Shown in pieces: positions 20,001 through 31,654 of a stretch of DNA of 64,000 nt. Source of the DNA: Macrostomum lignano (lineage: Eukaryota); assembly GCA_002269645.1 (NCBI GenBank), contig NIVC01002355.1:93152-157151 (forward strand), in the 5' to 3' direction. The notes beneath the pieces were generated by a model. It worked only from the letters and a program-made list of their open reading frames with translations, had not been told where the DNA came from and made no database searches. The position numbers and the translations under genes were made by a program. The first letter of the stretch is position 1; each line of letters opens with the position of its first letter.

Positions 20001-23000
20001 GGTTGGGCGTTTTTAAACTTTGAATTTCCGCCGGCGTTCGCACGTTCGCACGAGTTAAATCCGGAGAATCGCGCAGACGAATCACAACGAAGTTTTCTCC
20101 TGTTTTACTCCGACTGCCGGGTTCGGCAGTCCGGGGGGAGGGTAGTTGCAATCGTAGGCGAGCGGTCTGTTAGCGGCACGGTAGTTCAAATGGTAGACAC
20201 CGGAGACTCTGACACCGTGAATTAATGCGTCGATATGCTGAGCTGATTACTATCAGTAGGGTAGAGCTGCCACCACCGTAATTCTCGTATTACGGAACGC
20301 AATTAGTCTCAGAGCTTCTTTGAGTTGAGAACGTTAATTGTTTTACGCCCCGTGGGCAAATGACTTAATATAAACTACCGGGGCTTCAATTACTTAATGA
20401 AGATAAATTAGTCGATAAATGTGAGCTGCTTATTATTATTAACGGCTAGTAAAAGAGTATCAAACAAAATTAATTAAAATTAAAGGTTACTTGAGACGCG
20501 ACGCTATTAGAGATTTTGGCGATCCGGCGGAAGAGAGAATGAGGAGAGGACCGAGAGGAAGCTAGATTGCGCATGGTTTCCAGCGTTAAAATAGTTATGC
20601 AAAGAAAGCAAGCAGTACATTGATTGGAGCATGCATTGGTACCACAAAAGGGGCAACTCCGGGAGCCACGAATGGCGCATCATGTGAACAAAATTAAACA
20701 AAATAATAATGAACTTAAACATATGCAAAAGTAAATGACCACGGGAAGGGGCCACAACCGGGAAAAATACAAACCACACAAGGGCGCAAGAGAGGACCAA
20801 CCAAAGGGGCAAACCCGGGAGCAGTAGATGGGCGGAAACACGTCATGGGGCATCTCAGGTTGGACAGAGGAGACCAAACCCGGAAAAAGAAAAAAACACG
20901 GTGGTAGCCCCACCTACCACACTTTGTTACAATCGCCTCACTTATTTCTTAGAATCGGTCCTATGCATTTCTAAGAATTGTTACTGTAAAATTTTTCTAA
21001 GAAGAATGAATTTCTCTGAGGCGTTCTTAAATTTTCTGCGAAGCTTTCTAAGAATTTCTCAGATGCTTTCTAAGAATTTTTTCGATGCTTTCTAAGAATT
21101 TCTCAGATGCTTTCTAAGAATTTTTTCGATGCTTTCTAAGAATTTCTCAGATGCTTTCTACGAATTTCTCAGATGCTTTCTACGAATTTCTCAGATGCTT
21201 TCTAAGAATTTTTCCGATGCTTTCTAAGAATTTCTCAGATGCTTTCTAAGAATTTCTCAGGTGCTTTCTAAGAACTTCTCAGATGCTTTCTAAGAATTTT
21301 TTCGATGCTTTCTAAGAATTTCTCAGATGCTTTCTACGAATTTTTTCGATGCTTTCTAAGAATTTCTCAGGTGCTTTCTACGAATTTTTTCGATGCTTTC
21401 TAAGAATTTCTCAGATGCTTTCTACGAATTTTTTCGATGCTTTCTAAGAATTTCTCCGATGCTTTCTAAGAATTTCTCAGATGCTTTCTACGAATTTCTC
21501 AGACGCTTTCTAAGAATTTCTCAGATGCTTTCTACGAATTTCTCAGATGCTTTCTAAGAATTTCTCAGATGCTTTCTAAGAATTTCTCAACGATCTTTTT
21601 AGAATCACCCGCACGCTATGCTAAAGTCATCCGAGTTATTTCTTAGAATCGCTCCTACGTGATTCTAAAAGCTGTCAGCAAGCTTTCAAAGAGTTTATTT
21701 AACGATTTCTAAGAATTGCGTCAAAACTTTTATTCAGATCCGGCAGCTGGAAGACTCGACCGAGAAGCTGAACGAAAACTGGCGCCGAAGAGACGCCGAA
21801 CGCGAGCAATCGGCGCGCCGCGTCACTGAACGCGCCAGCGCACTGGAACACGAGCTGGCCAACGCCAACGCGCGCGCTCGCCAATCGCAGCAGGAAATCG
21901 GCGCCGCTGCGCAGCAAACCGAGCGCCAATTGCGCGACTGGCGCGCCAGAGCCGAAGCTGCCGAGGCGAACGCGGCGCGCGCCGCGGAAACTGGCGCCAC
22001 CGAGTTGGCGCGCGTCCGGGAGGAGCTTCGACGCGAAGCTGAGGCCCGCGCCAGCCTGGCTGCCGAGCTGGAAGCGGCGCGCGCCGAGAAGCGCAACACC
22101 GAGGCGTCAGCGCGCCAACGCGAGCGCGTTCTGGAAGCGGAGGCGCGCGGCTGGTCGGAGCGCCAGGCGGAGTGGCAGGCGCGCCAGGCTGAGACGGAGC
22201 GCGCCAGGCACGCCGAACGAGAAGAGCTGGAGCGGGTGGTGGCGGATTTGAAGCGAGCCCTGGATCAGGTCGGCATTTGTAGATTTGGGAATGGATTTCT
22301 GGGATCTCGAAATTTTGGAATGGGATTTTTGAAATCTCAAAGTTTGAGAATGGGATTTTTGAAATCTCAAAGTTTGAGAATGGGATTTTTGAAATCTCAA
22401 AGTTTGAGAATGGGATTTTTGAAATCTCAAAGTTTGAGAATGGGATTTTTGAAATCTCAAAGTTTGAGAATGGGATTTTTGAAATCTCAAAGTTTGAGAA
22501 TGGGATTTTTGAAATCTCAAAGTTTGAGAATGGGATTTTTGGGATCTCAAAGTTTGAGAATGGGATTTTTGGGATCTCAAAGTTTAAGAATGGGATTTTT
22601 TGGGATCTCAAAGTTTGAAAATGGGATTTTTTGGGATCTCAAAATTTGTTATTGGGATTTTTGGGACCTCAAAGTTTGAGAATTGGATTTTTAGAGTCTT
22701 AAATCTTTTGAATGATATTTTGGGATCTAAAATATTTCAGATATGTGGATTTCTAGCTATCAAATTAATTTTCCCCACCCGCAGGCCCAAGCAGATCTTC
22801 GCCGTTCAGCCTCGGAGCAGGAGCGCCTATCCAGCGAGCTTAGTGACCTCCAGTCCGCCTGGGAGGCTCGCGAAGCCCAGCTGGAGCCCGCCAGGCGCAA
22901 GGCCGAGTCCGAGGCGCGCGCCAGAGCGGAGCGCGAAGCCGCCGAACGGCTGGAGGCGGCGCGCGCCGATTGGTCCCGGCGCGAACGAGCTGCGCGCGAC

Positions 23001-26000
23001 TCAGCGCAAGCAGAGATTCGAGGCCTGCGGGAGCGCTGGGCGAAGGAGAAGGAGACGCTGAGACGGCGGTTCGAGGAAGAGCTGGATGCCAGGTGACTAG
23101 TGATAGCGGCGCTAGATTGATCAGAGTAGGGCTAGATTGATCAGATATGCGTTAGATTGATTGGGGTGGCGCTAGATTGATATGGGTGGCGCTAGATTGA
23201 TTTGAGTGGCGCTAGAGATGATTGGAGTGGCGCTAGATTGATTAGAGTGGCGCTAGGTTGATTGGAGTTGCGCTAGGTTGATATGAGTGGCGCTAGATTG
23301 ATACGGGTGGCGCTAGGTTGATATGGGTGGCGCTAGGTTGATATGGGTGGCGCTAGGTTGATATGGGTGGCGCTAGATTGGTACGGGTGGCGCTAGGTTA
23401 ATATGGGTTGCGCTAGGTTGATATGGGTGGCGCTAGGTTGATATGGGTGGCGCTAGATTGATACGGGTGGCGCTAGATTGATATGGGTTGCGCTAGATTG
23501 ATTAGAGTGGCGCTAGGTTGATACGGGTGGCGCTAGATTGGTACGGGTGGCGCTAGATTGATACGGGTGGCGCTAGATTGGTACGGGTGGCGCTAGATTG
23601 GTACGGGTGGCGCTAGATTGGTACGGGTGGCGCTAGATTGATATGGGTTGCGCTAGGTTGATTAGAGTGGCGCTAGGTTTATATGGGTGGCGCTAGGTTG
23701 ACTAGATTAGATTAGTTAAATTAAAATGGCGCCAATTAGGCCGCATAGAATTTAGAATAGAACTCACTGACCAGCTTCAACTCTCCCCAGATGCGCCGAG
23801 ATGGAAGGGCGACTTCGGTCGGCGCGCGAAGAGAACGAAGAGCTGTCTAGGCGGTGCGAGCACTGGAAGGAGCAGAAGCGGCATGCGGACCAGCAGCGAC
23901 TCCGAATGGCCGGTCTGGTGCAGTCGGTAATGCAGGGCCAGTGCAACGACGCTCTGAGCATTCTCAGCGGTGGTGGCGGCGGCGTCGGTGGTGCCGGAAG
24001 CGATGTCGGTACGGGCCAGCAGCCCATGTCGGCGAGATCAAACGTCACCCAGGATTCGGTCGGTTCCGCTGGTGACGGCTCGGTGAGAATCGAACTTCGA
24101 CGTGGACCCCAGCTCGAGGCCGATAAACCGTACGAAGCGTCTTCTTCGGCCGTTCAAAACTATGACTCATCTGACGGTCATACTGGTCATGTGTATGACT
24201 CATCTGCCGGTCATACTGGTCATGCGTATGACTCATCTGCCGGTCGTACTGGTCATGCGTATGACTTATCTACTCGTCATACTGGTAATGCGTATGACTC
24301 ATCTGCCAGTCATACTGGTCATGTGTATGACTCATCTGCCGGTCGTACTGGTCATGCGTATGACTTATCTACTCGTCATACTGGTAATGCGTATGACTCA
24401 TCTGCCAGTCATACTGGTCATGCGTATGACTCATCTGCCGGTCATACTGGTCATGCGTTTGACTCATCTGCCGGTCATACTGGTAATGCGTATGACTCAT
24501 CTGCCGGTCATACTGGTCATGCGTATGACTCATCTGCCGGTCATACTGGTCATGCGTATGACTCATCTGCCGGTCATACTGGTCATGCGTATGACTCATC
24601 TGCCGGTCATACTGGTCATGCGTATGCCTCATCGAACCGTCATAGCAATCACGCGTATGACAACCAACTAGTTAATTATGACGGTCAGGCCAATGACTTA
24701 TTAGCTGGTCAAAGAAGCATTGCATCCGCTGGTCAAAGAGCTCATGCATATGACGCATCATCTGGTCGCGCGGCTCAGGCGTATGACTCACTAACTCGTC
24801 ATACATATGACTCATCCGTGAATCGCGCTTCCTTTGACTCGCATTCGCATGACTCACCTCGATCAGGAAAAGGTCATCAGCCAGTTTCTGACTCATTAGG
24901 GACCAGAGGGCCCTCCGCCACCGCCAGTCATGGTCACGGATCGCCCGCTAGAAAGCCGAAGTCAGATTTGGCTGCAGCCTATGACTCATCACCTCTGCAT
25001 GGAGTCTCGTCCTCTGACGTTATCGATGAGTCATTCAGGCCCGCCGCCATCGGCAGAGAAGCCACTGCTGGGTCCGTGGTTTTGTCAGCTGAAAGTCGAA
25101 CCAACAACCAACCGTTGACGCAAAACAGCAGTTCTTCCTATGACTCATCAATGAGTCACGTCGCTAATAAGTACGAATTGACGATGAAAAACTCCAGCAA
25201 ACAAGTTTATGACTCACCAGGCGCTCATGCCAGCAAGTATGACTTTCCGATGACCGCTAAAGCTAGCAATCAGACCTATGACTCATCAGGGGCTCATGCA
25301 AGCTTCCATGACCCTCAAATGACCGCTAAAGCCAGCAATCAGACCTATGACTCATCTGCAGCTCATGCCAGCAAGTATAACCCTCAGACGACCGCCAAAC
25401 CCAGCAACCAGGTCTATGACTCACCAGGGGCTCATGCCAGCAAGTATGACCTTCCGATGACCACTAAAGCCAGCAATCAGTACTATGACTCATCTGCAGC
25501 TCATGCCAGATTCAATGACACTCCGATGAGTACCATAGCTAGCAACCAGACCTATGACTCATTGCTGACTCACACCTCTAACAGTTATGACCCACCGATG
25601 ACCAAAGCCAGCAGTAGTAGCTATGCCTATGACTCATCGGTGACAGCTCACGTAGCCAGCAAGTATGACCCACCAGCGACCCGAGCGGATGACTTGTTGA
25701 TGACCCGCACAGATGCCCAGCAGGCGTATGACTCATATTTAGCCAAGACTCAGACAGCTGCTAGCAGCGGAGCAGCAGTGCCTCGTCTCGATCTGGGACT
25801 TGATCGGCAGGAGGACAACAAAACTGACCAACATCCGGGTGATGATGACCTTGACAATGCTGACGGATATGGTGTGGCGCAGCAGCAGCACCAGAGGCTG
25901 CCGCAGCTGGACCCAATTCTCGAAGCGGACACGCCCAGAACAGACACGGCCAGATCAGTCAAGCAGCTTATTGATCTTCCGTCTCCTCGTGCTGCTGCTG

Positions 26001-26128
26001 CTGCTGCTGAACCGGCACCACCTTTTCATCAGCTGATGCGCTCGGTGGCCGAAGCACTCGGCGATGGCGAAGCTCCAGACGGAGCGGGCGACGGTCTGGA
26101 AGACGCAAATTCTGATAGAAGTTTTTAA
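14068..26128 (+). CDS. CNTROB: Centrobin-like centriolar coiled-coil protein, 7 exons, 1413 aa
   Basis: Exons 14068-14423, 14508-14624, 17848-18060, 18357-18735, 21738-22268, 22785-23092 and 23791-26128; all GT-AG, phase-consistent, 4242 nt. The coiled coil ERRKRQECETQL...AACERKDQTIRQLEDSTEKLNENWRRRDAER and the segment QRLRMAGLVQSVMQGQCNDALSILS resemble vertebrate centrobin as I recall it (not searched). The gene model is more secure than the name. Confidence 0.7.
14673..17802. repeat. 42-bp satellite filling intron 2 (about 74 units)
   Basis: Unit gattagcaatccattctattccaattgatctgtgattggcta. Confidence 0.97.
18790..19503. repeat. 13-bp minisatellite (ctaccagctgaag) in intron 4
   Basis: Direct reading; gaag/gaat/aaag variants. 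Confidence 0.95.
21045..21588. repeat. 22-bp minisatellite (tttctaagaatttctcagatgc) in intron 4
   Basis: Direct reading. Confidence 0.93.
22285..22690. repeat. 30-bp minisatellite (gaatgggatttttgaaatctcaaagtttga) in intron 5
   Basis: Direct reading; 10-aa periodic pseudo-ORFs. Confidence 0.95.
23110..23705. repeat. 20-bp minisatellite (gcgctagattgatatgggtg) in intron 6
   Basis: Direct reading. Confidence 0.95.
24161..24627 (+). repeat. Coding 33-bp repeat (YDSSAGHTGHA)n in the last centrobin-like exon
   Basis: About 14 in-frame units. A diverged 23-aa YDS repeat follows at about 25200-25660. Confidence 0.92.
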
Positions 26129-26299
26129 CACTGAATTGAAATGTGTTTTTTTAAAAACATTTATCAATTAGAACAAATAAGCGTTTATTTCTACTGATAT
26201 CGAGTAGGCTAATGCAAAAGGGTGTTTGACAAAATGTGATTTTGGTTAAAATTTAGGGCACCTGTAAGACTCCCTGTAAGACTCTCTGTAAGAGTCCTG

Positions 26300-26643
26300 T
26301 CTCTAACAGGCTACGAGTCCTGTGCCTAACAGGTTAGACTTGTGTCTAACAGGTTAGACTTGTGTCTGACAGGTTAGACTTGTGTCTAACAGGTTAGACT
26401 TGTGTCTAACAGGTTAGACTTGTGTCTAACAGGTTAGACTTGTGTCTAACAGGTTAGACTTGTGTCTAACAGGTTAGACTTGTGTCTAACAGGTTAGACT
26501 TGTGTCTAACAGGTTAGACTTGTGTCTAACAGGTTAGACTTGTATCTAACAGGTTAAGAGTCATGTATCCTACAGGTTATGTGTCCTGTATCTAACAGGT
26601 TAAGAGTCCTGTGTCTAACAGGTTAAGAGTCCTGTGTCTAACA
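26300..26643. repeat. 20-bp minisatellite (tgtctaacaggttagacttg)
   Basis: Direct reading; each unit contains the dyad GTCTAAC-AG-GTTAGAC. Confidence 0.95.
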
Positions 26644-27085
26644 GAATGTTTATAATTATCTAACGCACAAAACAGGTCCAGTGCCAGTTTAAACCTGACT
26701 TTTCCGTCCCAGGCTGTGGCTTTAACTCGAATCCCCACTGCATTGCCGATTGGTTTTGCAAAGCATTCAACACCAATTTATAATTTTTACTCTGTTATAG
26801 TTTATAGATATTGCACTGGCTGTAACTAAGCAGCCCGTATTTAATAGAAAACCGGCCTTTATATTTATTGCTACTGTCAGTGATAACTTCTGTTAATTCC
26901 GTCTTGTTTTTCAGTTTATTTTTTTACCTTTCAATGCCTTTTTTACGTTATTTGCGATTTTGTACTCTGTCGGTGAAATTGCGCTTCGTCAGTAGTTGTT
27001 TTGCATCAACTGTTTCTCATTCGAAATTTGGTTGTGCAATAAGTAATAAATGCTTTTTTGTCAGCTTAACTAACTAGCTTTTTAT

Positions 27086-27467
27086 TAGGGGTGTTGCAAA
27101 AGTTTCTGGACTTTGAAATGAGGTGAAATTTTAGTAGTTTATACTCAGCAACATCGAAAAGTTGCCATCACAGAAGATTCCAGAAGTGCAGGTAAATTCT
27201 CTCAATCTTGGCGAGTGACGCAACTCAGCTACGCCGCGACAGACTTGAGTTCAGGAATGAAGTGGGGGAGCGGTGTGCGAGGGTTGGACGGATTAAAGCT
27301 ACCCCAATCAGTTTTCTCGTATCTTTTCAGACTATGAGATCAAAGGAGAACCAACGGCATCTCATTTTGGCAACAGTGACAGTGGTAACTCAGTTGCGGG
27401 TATCATTTAATCACTCCTGTCGTTCACAGAGGTAACACAGTCCAGGTACTTTTCTCAACACCCTCGT
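27086..27467. mobile_element. Mariner-type MITE
   Basis: Imperfect terminal inverted repeats taggggtgttgcaaaagtttctggac and gtccaggtacttttctcaacaccctcgt; non-coding interior. Confidence 0.6.
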
Positions 27468-28418
27468 CTCATCTATCATAGGCTGGCCTTTGCGTAGAGA
27501 CTGCCTGTCGCTTACACTTGCTATTGCCTGTAGTTGAGCCCATGTTCCCTGATCTGCTTGTGCCTTTCTGTTTTCTTCTATATTTTCAAAGCTGCATATT
27601 TTAGGTTGCCTTACATGTAGATTAGATCAACAATATTGATTTAAATTGCTGCTGATGTACAATTTTTTATGATCTACACTAATCAGGTGTCTGTTGTAAG
27701 TTTTGCGACTTTTTTGCGGGCATAATAGCAGTTCAGGTTGTACTTTTGTTGGCTTGCTGAATCATGCTGAAAATTACGGTTTTCGATAGTTAAAGTTTCT
27801 GAATATGCTTGCGGATCTTGTGGCTTTAGAAAAATGAGGCTTTGTGAATCTCCAGAAATAATGATGTTTATCTATTCTCTTTGTCTGTCTGTCTGTCTGT
27901 CTGTCTTAGTATCTGTCTATCTCTGTCTGTCTGTCTGTCTGTCTGTCTGTAATAAGTCCGATAGCTGCACACTACGTAAAAAACAATAAAACAAACTTTT
28001 ACAAAAGCATTACTAATAATCCAGCATTCCTTTGCTATCTAAACTGATTATATTTTCTGACGCGCTGCAAACTGCCTGTCGATTTGTTGTCTCACTGCAT
28101 GAGCCGGGGCAACTTCTAGCTGTAAGATCAAAAAACAAATTTCTTACTAAAATAAAAAAATAAATGTAGCGATTTCACTTGATCATTTTGAATTTTGAAA
28201 TCATCTACGCTGATAAATACTCATGCGGTTGATATTATCTCAGTGTCTTTATATGTCCAGTAGCAGTTTCTCAAGTCGAAACGCCCTGCTAGCTTCGTGT
28301 GATCGTTTCATGACAAAAAAATAAAATCGTACATTGTGTGCTTTAAAATGTAGAAATTCTGTTTTTCTGAAAAACATCGATAAGAAAAATATAGATAGAT
28401 GGATAGATAGGTAGATGG

Positions 28419-28770
28419 GGGGCGTAGCCCAGCGGTAGCGCAGGCTCTGGTGTGCCAGCGACCCAGGCTCGATTCCAAGTGCAGTCACATTAATTTGGGG
28501 CTGAATTGGAATCTCGGCTTGGCTCTACTCGTGCAATTAACGGCCTTGAGAGCCAACCCCCCAAAGCCCAGTGAAGTGTACATGCCTAACGATAATATAA
28601 AGTTAGGGCCGCTGTACACTCTGTGAGTGTGTGCCTGCGTACGTATCCGCGCGCTTGTATGCCTGCTCAGGGGAGTCGGCGGAATGGGCAGTAATGCCTC
28701 TCGCCGGTTGTGTGCCCATGTCGCTTAAAGTGCGCCAGGGTGCACACCACCCCCCGTGCATCTAAAAAAA
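28419..28770 (+). mobile_element. tRNA-derived SINE
   Basis: A box TAGCCCAGCGG (28425-28435), B box GGCTCGATTCC (28466-28476), A7 tail, and a 17-bp flanking duplication gatagataggtagatgg at 28402-28418 and 28771-28787. Confidence 0.8.
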
Positions 28771-29475
28771 GATAGATAGGTAGATGGATAGATAAATAGA
28801 TTGATTAATTGATTGATTTATTAATTGATTTATTGATGGATTGATTGATCTAGGGACTTGTGCACGAAAATTAATCTAGGGGGGGGGGGGTTGCTGAGCA
28901 CCCTGTGTGAGCGAGACCAAAGATTCCTTACGAGAACAGGACCCGCGCAAATTGTCGTGTACTAGACCTGACACAAGCAATAATGCTACTGCCCTGATGC
29001 TTCATGTTGGAGCACGAGCTAATTAGTTCGCCTCAAATAATATTTCAAAAATAGCTTTCGGGGTTTGTACTTTTAATAATAATAATTACTATTATTACGT
29101 CGTATTATTATATTTCGCTACAGAATTTTTATTGAATAAAATTCAGAGCTTTAAATAAATTTACTGTCCACAAAACGCCAGTGTTGAGTTGAGGGTCTTC
29201 AATACCTAACCAGCTGAATTTCACCTCTATAATTATTATATCTGCAAGCCCATAGACCAATTAGCGATTTCACCCGCGATCTGCCTGAGAAAGTGTTTTG
29301 AATGACTATTGGACTATAATTATCTTTATCTAGATAAGATAAAGCGTAAGCGGACTTTTGATATCACCTTACAATAATTATTTAATTAGGCAGGTAATTA
29401 GACAATCAAATTCGGTCTGCAAGATGTTTCTATTACGCTTAGCTAAGGTGGACTTCAACATGATTTTTAATCAAG

Positions 29476-31654
29476 GTTTTCGCCTACTGCTGACCGTGAC
29501 CTCCGTGACCTGCTACGCACTGCTGGTGGTCATTCACGTGTTCATGCTGAGGCCCATGTTCAAGATCTGCGGCAAGGCCTGCTTCAGCTTGATCAGTCGC
29601 TGGTTCTTCGCCGAGGACATCCAAAATCCTCTGTCAGCGATTCATAACGAAATTGCGGCCGTCTGCTATCTGACCAATGTGAGTAGTGGGAAGCTCTTAG
29701 TGAGCTGCTGTGCCTGTTGCTATTTACATTTATATGCAGCCATTTGATTGTAGGGCTAGTACGCTCGTAGCTTTATTCTGTAAACTAATCATGTAGGTAA
29801 TTTATGTCAGATGCTTCCATTGGATAATGGATCGTTGATGAAAATTGCTGTAAATAAAAGGCGTGTCAATGTCAATACAGTTCAAGGGTTGTCAGATGCT
29901 GCAATTGGGTGTCAGAGGCTGTAATTGGATGTCAGATGCTGTAATTGTATGTCAGATGCTGTAATTGGGTGTCAGATGCTGTAATTGGGTGTCAGATGCT
30001 TTAATGCGCGTGTCAAGATGCTGTAATGGGAGTGTCAGATGCTGTAATAGGGTGACAGATGCTGTAATGGGGTGTCAAATGCTGTAATGGGGTGTCAGAT
30101 GCTGTGATAGGGTGTCAAATGCTATAATGGGGTGTCAGATGCTGTAATAGGGTGTCAAATGCTATAATATTGGGTGTCAAATGATGTAATAATGGATGTC
30201 AGATGCTGTAATTAGATGCCGGATGCTGTGAAGAGGTGTCAGATGCTGTAATTGGGTGTCAGATTCTGTAACCTGGCAAGTCAGGACAAACCGCTGCACA
30301 CAGCGCACCCCGCCGAACCGCAGGTGCAGGACATGACGGTGCTGTCATTCGGCCTGCTGTTCTGCGCCATGTTCCTGGTAGAGCTGTGCCTGCTTCAGCG
30401 CAAGCGACGCCAGCTGCTCTCCCTGCTGATGCCGAAGGATTCTGACAAGAAGCAGACCAACCAGCGGAAGCAGCCCGCCACCGCCTCAGCAGCCGCCGCC
30501 GCCGCGTCGGGCGAAAATTCTGGCGACAAACCCGATGCGAAAATCATGCGACAGCGGCTGCATCGGAGGTCCTCCACGACGAGGTTCATCGGCCGACTGG
30601 CTCTGCTCATACCGTCAGCATTCTTGTCCACCGTGCACCTGATCTGCTCGCTAATCACTTACCTGCTGTTTCACCTGGTGCTGCCAACTTTGGCTGCAGA
30701 TGTTCGCAAAACTAACGAGAACTACTTGGAGGCGATCAAATGGCGATCGTTTATCTACGTGAGCTGGGGTTATCGGTAGTGTTTGTTCTGGAACTGTTAG
30801 TAGGGCTGCCCCTGCAGCTAGCTGAAGTATGGATTCGTCTTGGCTGGAGTGGAGGGTCTTAGAGCTGAAATTGAGGTTGTGAGTCAGCCCTGAAGTGAAG
30901 GACGTGAGCCTGCCCTGAAGTGTAGGTTGTGAGTCAGCCCTGAAGTGGAGGGCGTGAGCCTGCCCTGAAGTGTAGGTTGTGAGTCAGCCCTGAAGTGGAG
31001 GGCGTGAGCCTGCCCTGAAGTGTAGGTTGTGAGTCAGCCCTGAAGTGGAGGACGTGAGCCTGCCCTGAAGTGGAGGGCGTGAGCCTGCCCTGAAGAGTAG
31101 GTTATGAGTCAGCCCTGAAGTGGAGGGCGTGAGCCTGCCCTAAAGTGTAGGTTGTGAGTCAGCCCTGAAGTGGAGGATGTGAGCCTGCCCTGAAGTGTAG
31201 GTTGTGAGTCAGCCCTGAAGTGGAGGGCGTGAGCCTGCCCTGAAGTGTAGGTTGTGAGTCAGCCCTGAAGTGGAGGATGTGAGCCTGCCCTGAAGTGGAG
31301 GGCATGAGCCTGCCCTGAAGTGTAGGTTGTGAGTCAGCCCTGAAGTGGAGGACGTGAGCCTGCCCTGAAGTGGAGGACGTGAGCCTGCCCTGAAGTGGAG
31401 GACGTGAGCCTGCTCCGAATTCGCAAACGTCACTCCCTTGCCAAAGACACGCACCAGTACCAAATGACTCTCACACTGGAATCGCAACACTTGAATTCCA
31501 GCTGTTCCTGTCGTTCTTCCAGTGCGGCTTCTACTGGTCCATGGCGGGCATCAACACCAGCATGCTGAAGGCCATCTACAACCGGTCTAGGAGGCAGGAC
31601 CAGTTCAGGCGAATGAACGCCAGCGTGTTCACGGAGGGAAATACAATCATTTGA
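29476..31654 (+). CDS. Orphan multi-pass membrane protein, probably the C-terminal half (about TM4-TM7) of a 7TM receptor; 5' exons not located
   Basis: Exons 29476-29678, 30324-30758 and 31502-31654 join in frame. There are four hydrophobic segments, a Cys-containing loop, a long basic loop (QRKRR...RRSS) and a short tail ending TGA at 31654. Confidence 0.7.
29890..30265. repeat. 20-bp minisatellite (gtgtcagatgctgtaattgg)
   Basis: Direct reading; intronic. Confidence 0.9.
30880..31410. repeat. Dimeric 25+25-bp minisatellite (gtgagtcagccctgaagtggagggc / gtgagcctgccctgaagtgtaggtt)
   Basis: Direct reading; intronic. Confidence 0.92.

Noticed and set aside
20174-20220. tRNA-like 5' half (ggcacggtagttcaaatggtagacaccggagactctgacaccg), Gln-like
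   Set aside because: No B box or T arm and no acceptor stem closure; at most a decayed SINE head.
21823-22679. Long periodic ORFs (FEISKIPFSN, LKSQSLRMGF) and similar ones at 12023, 31209, 34991 and 46060-46534
   Set aside because: Translations of intronic or intergenic minisatellites; the real exon ends at the donor at 22269.
28419-28490. Functional tRNA gene
   Set aside because: Cloverleaf is incomplete and continues into a SINE body with tail and flanking duplication.
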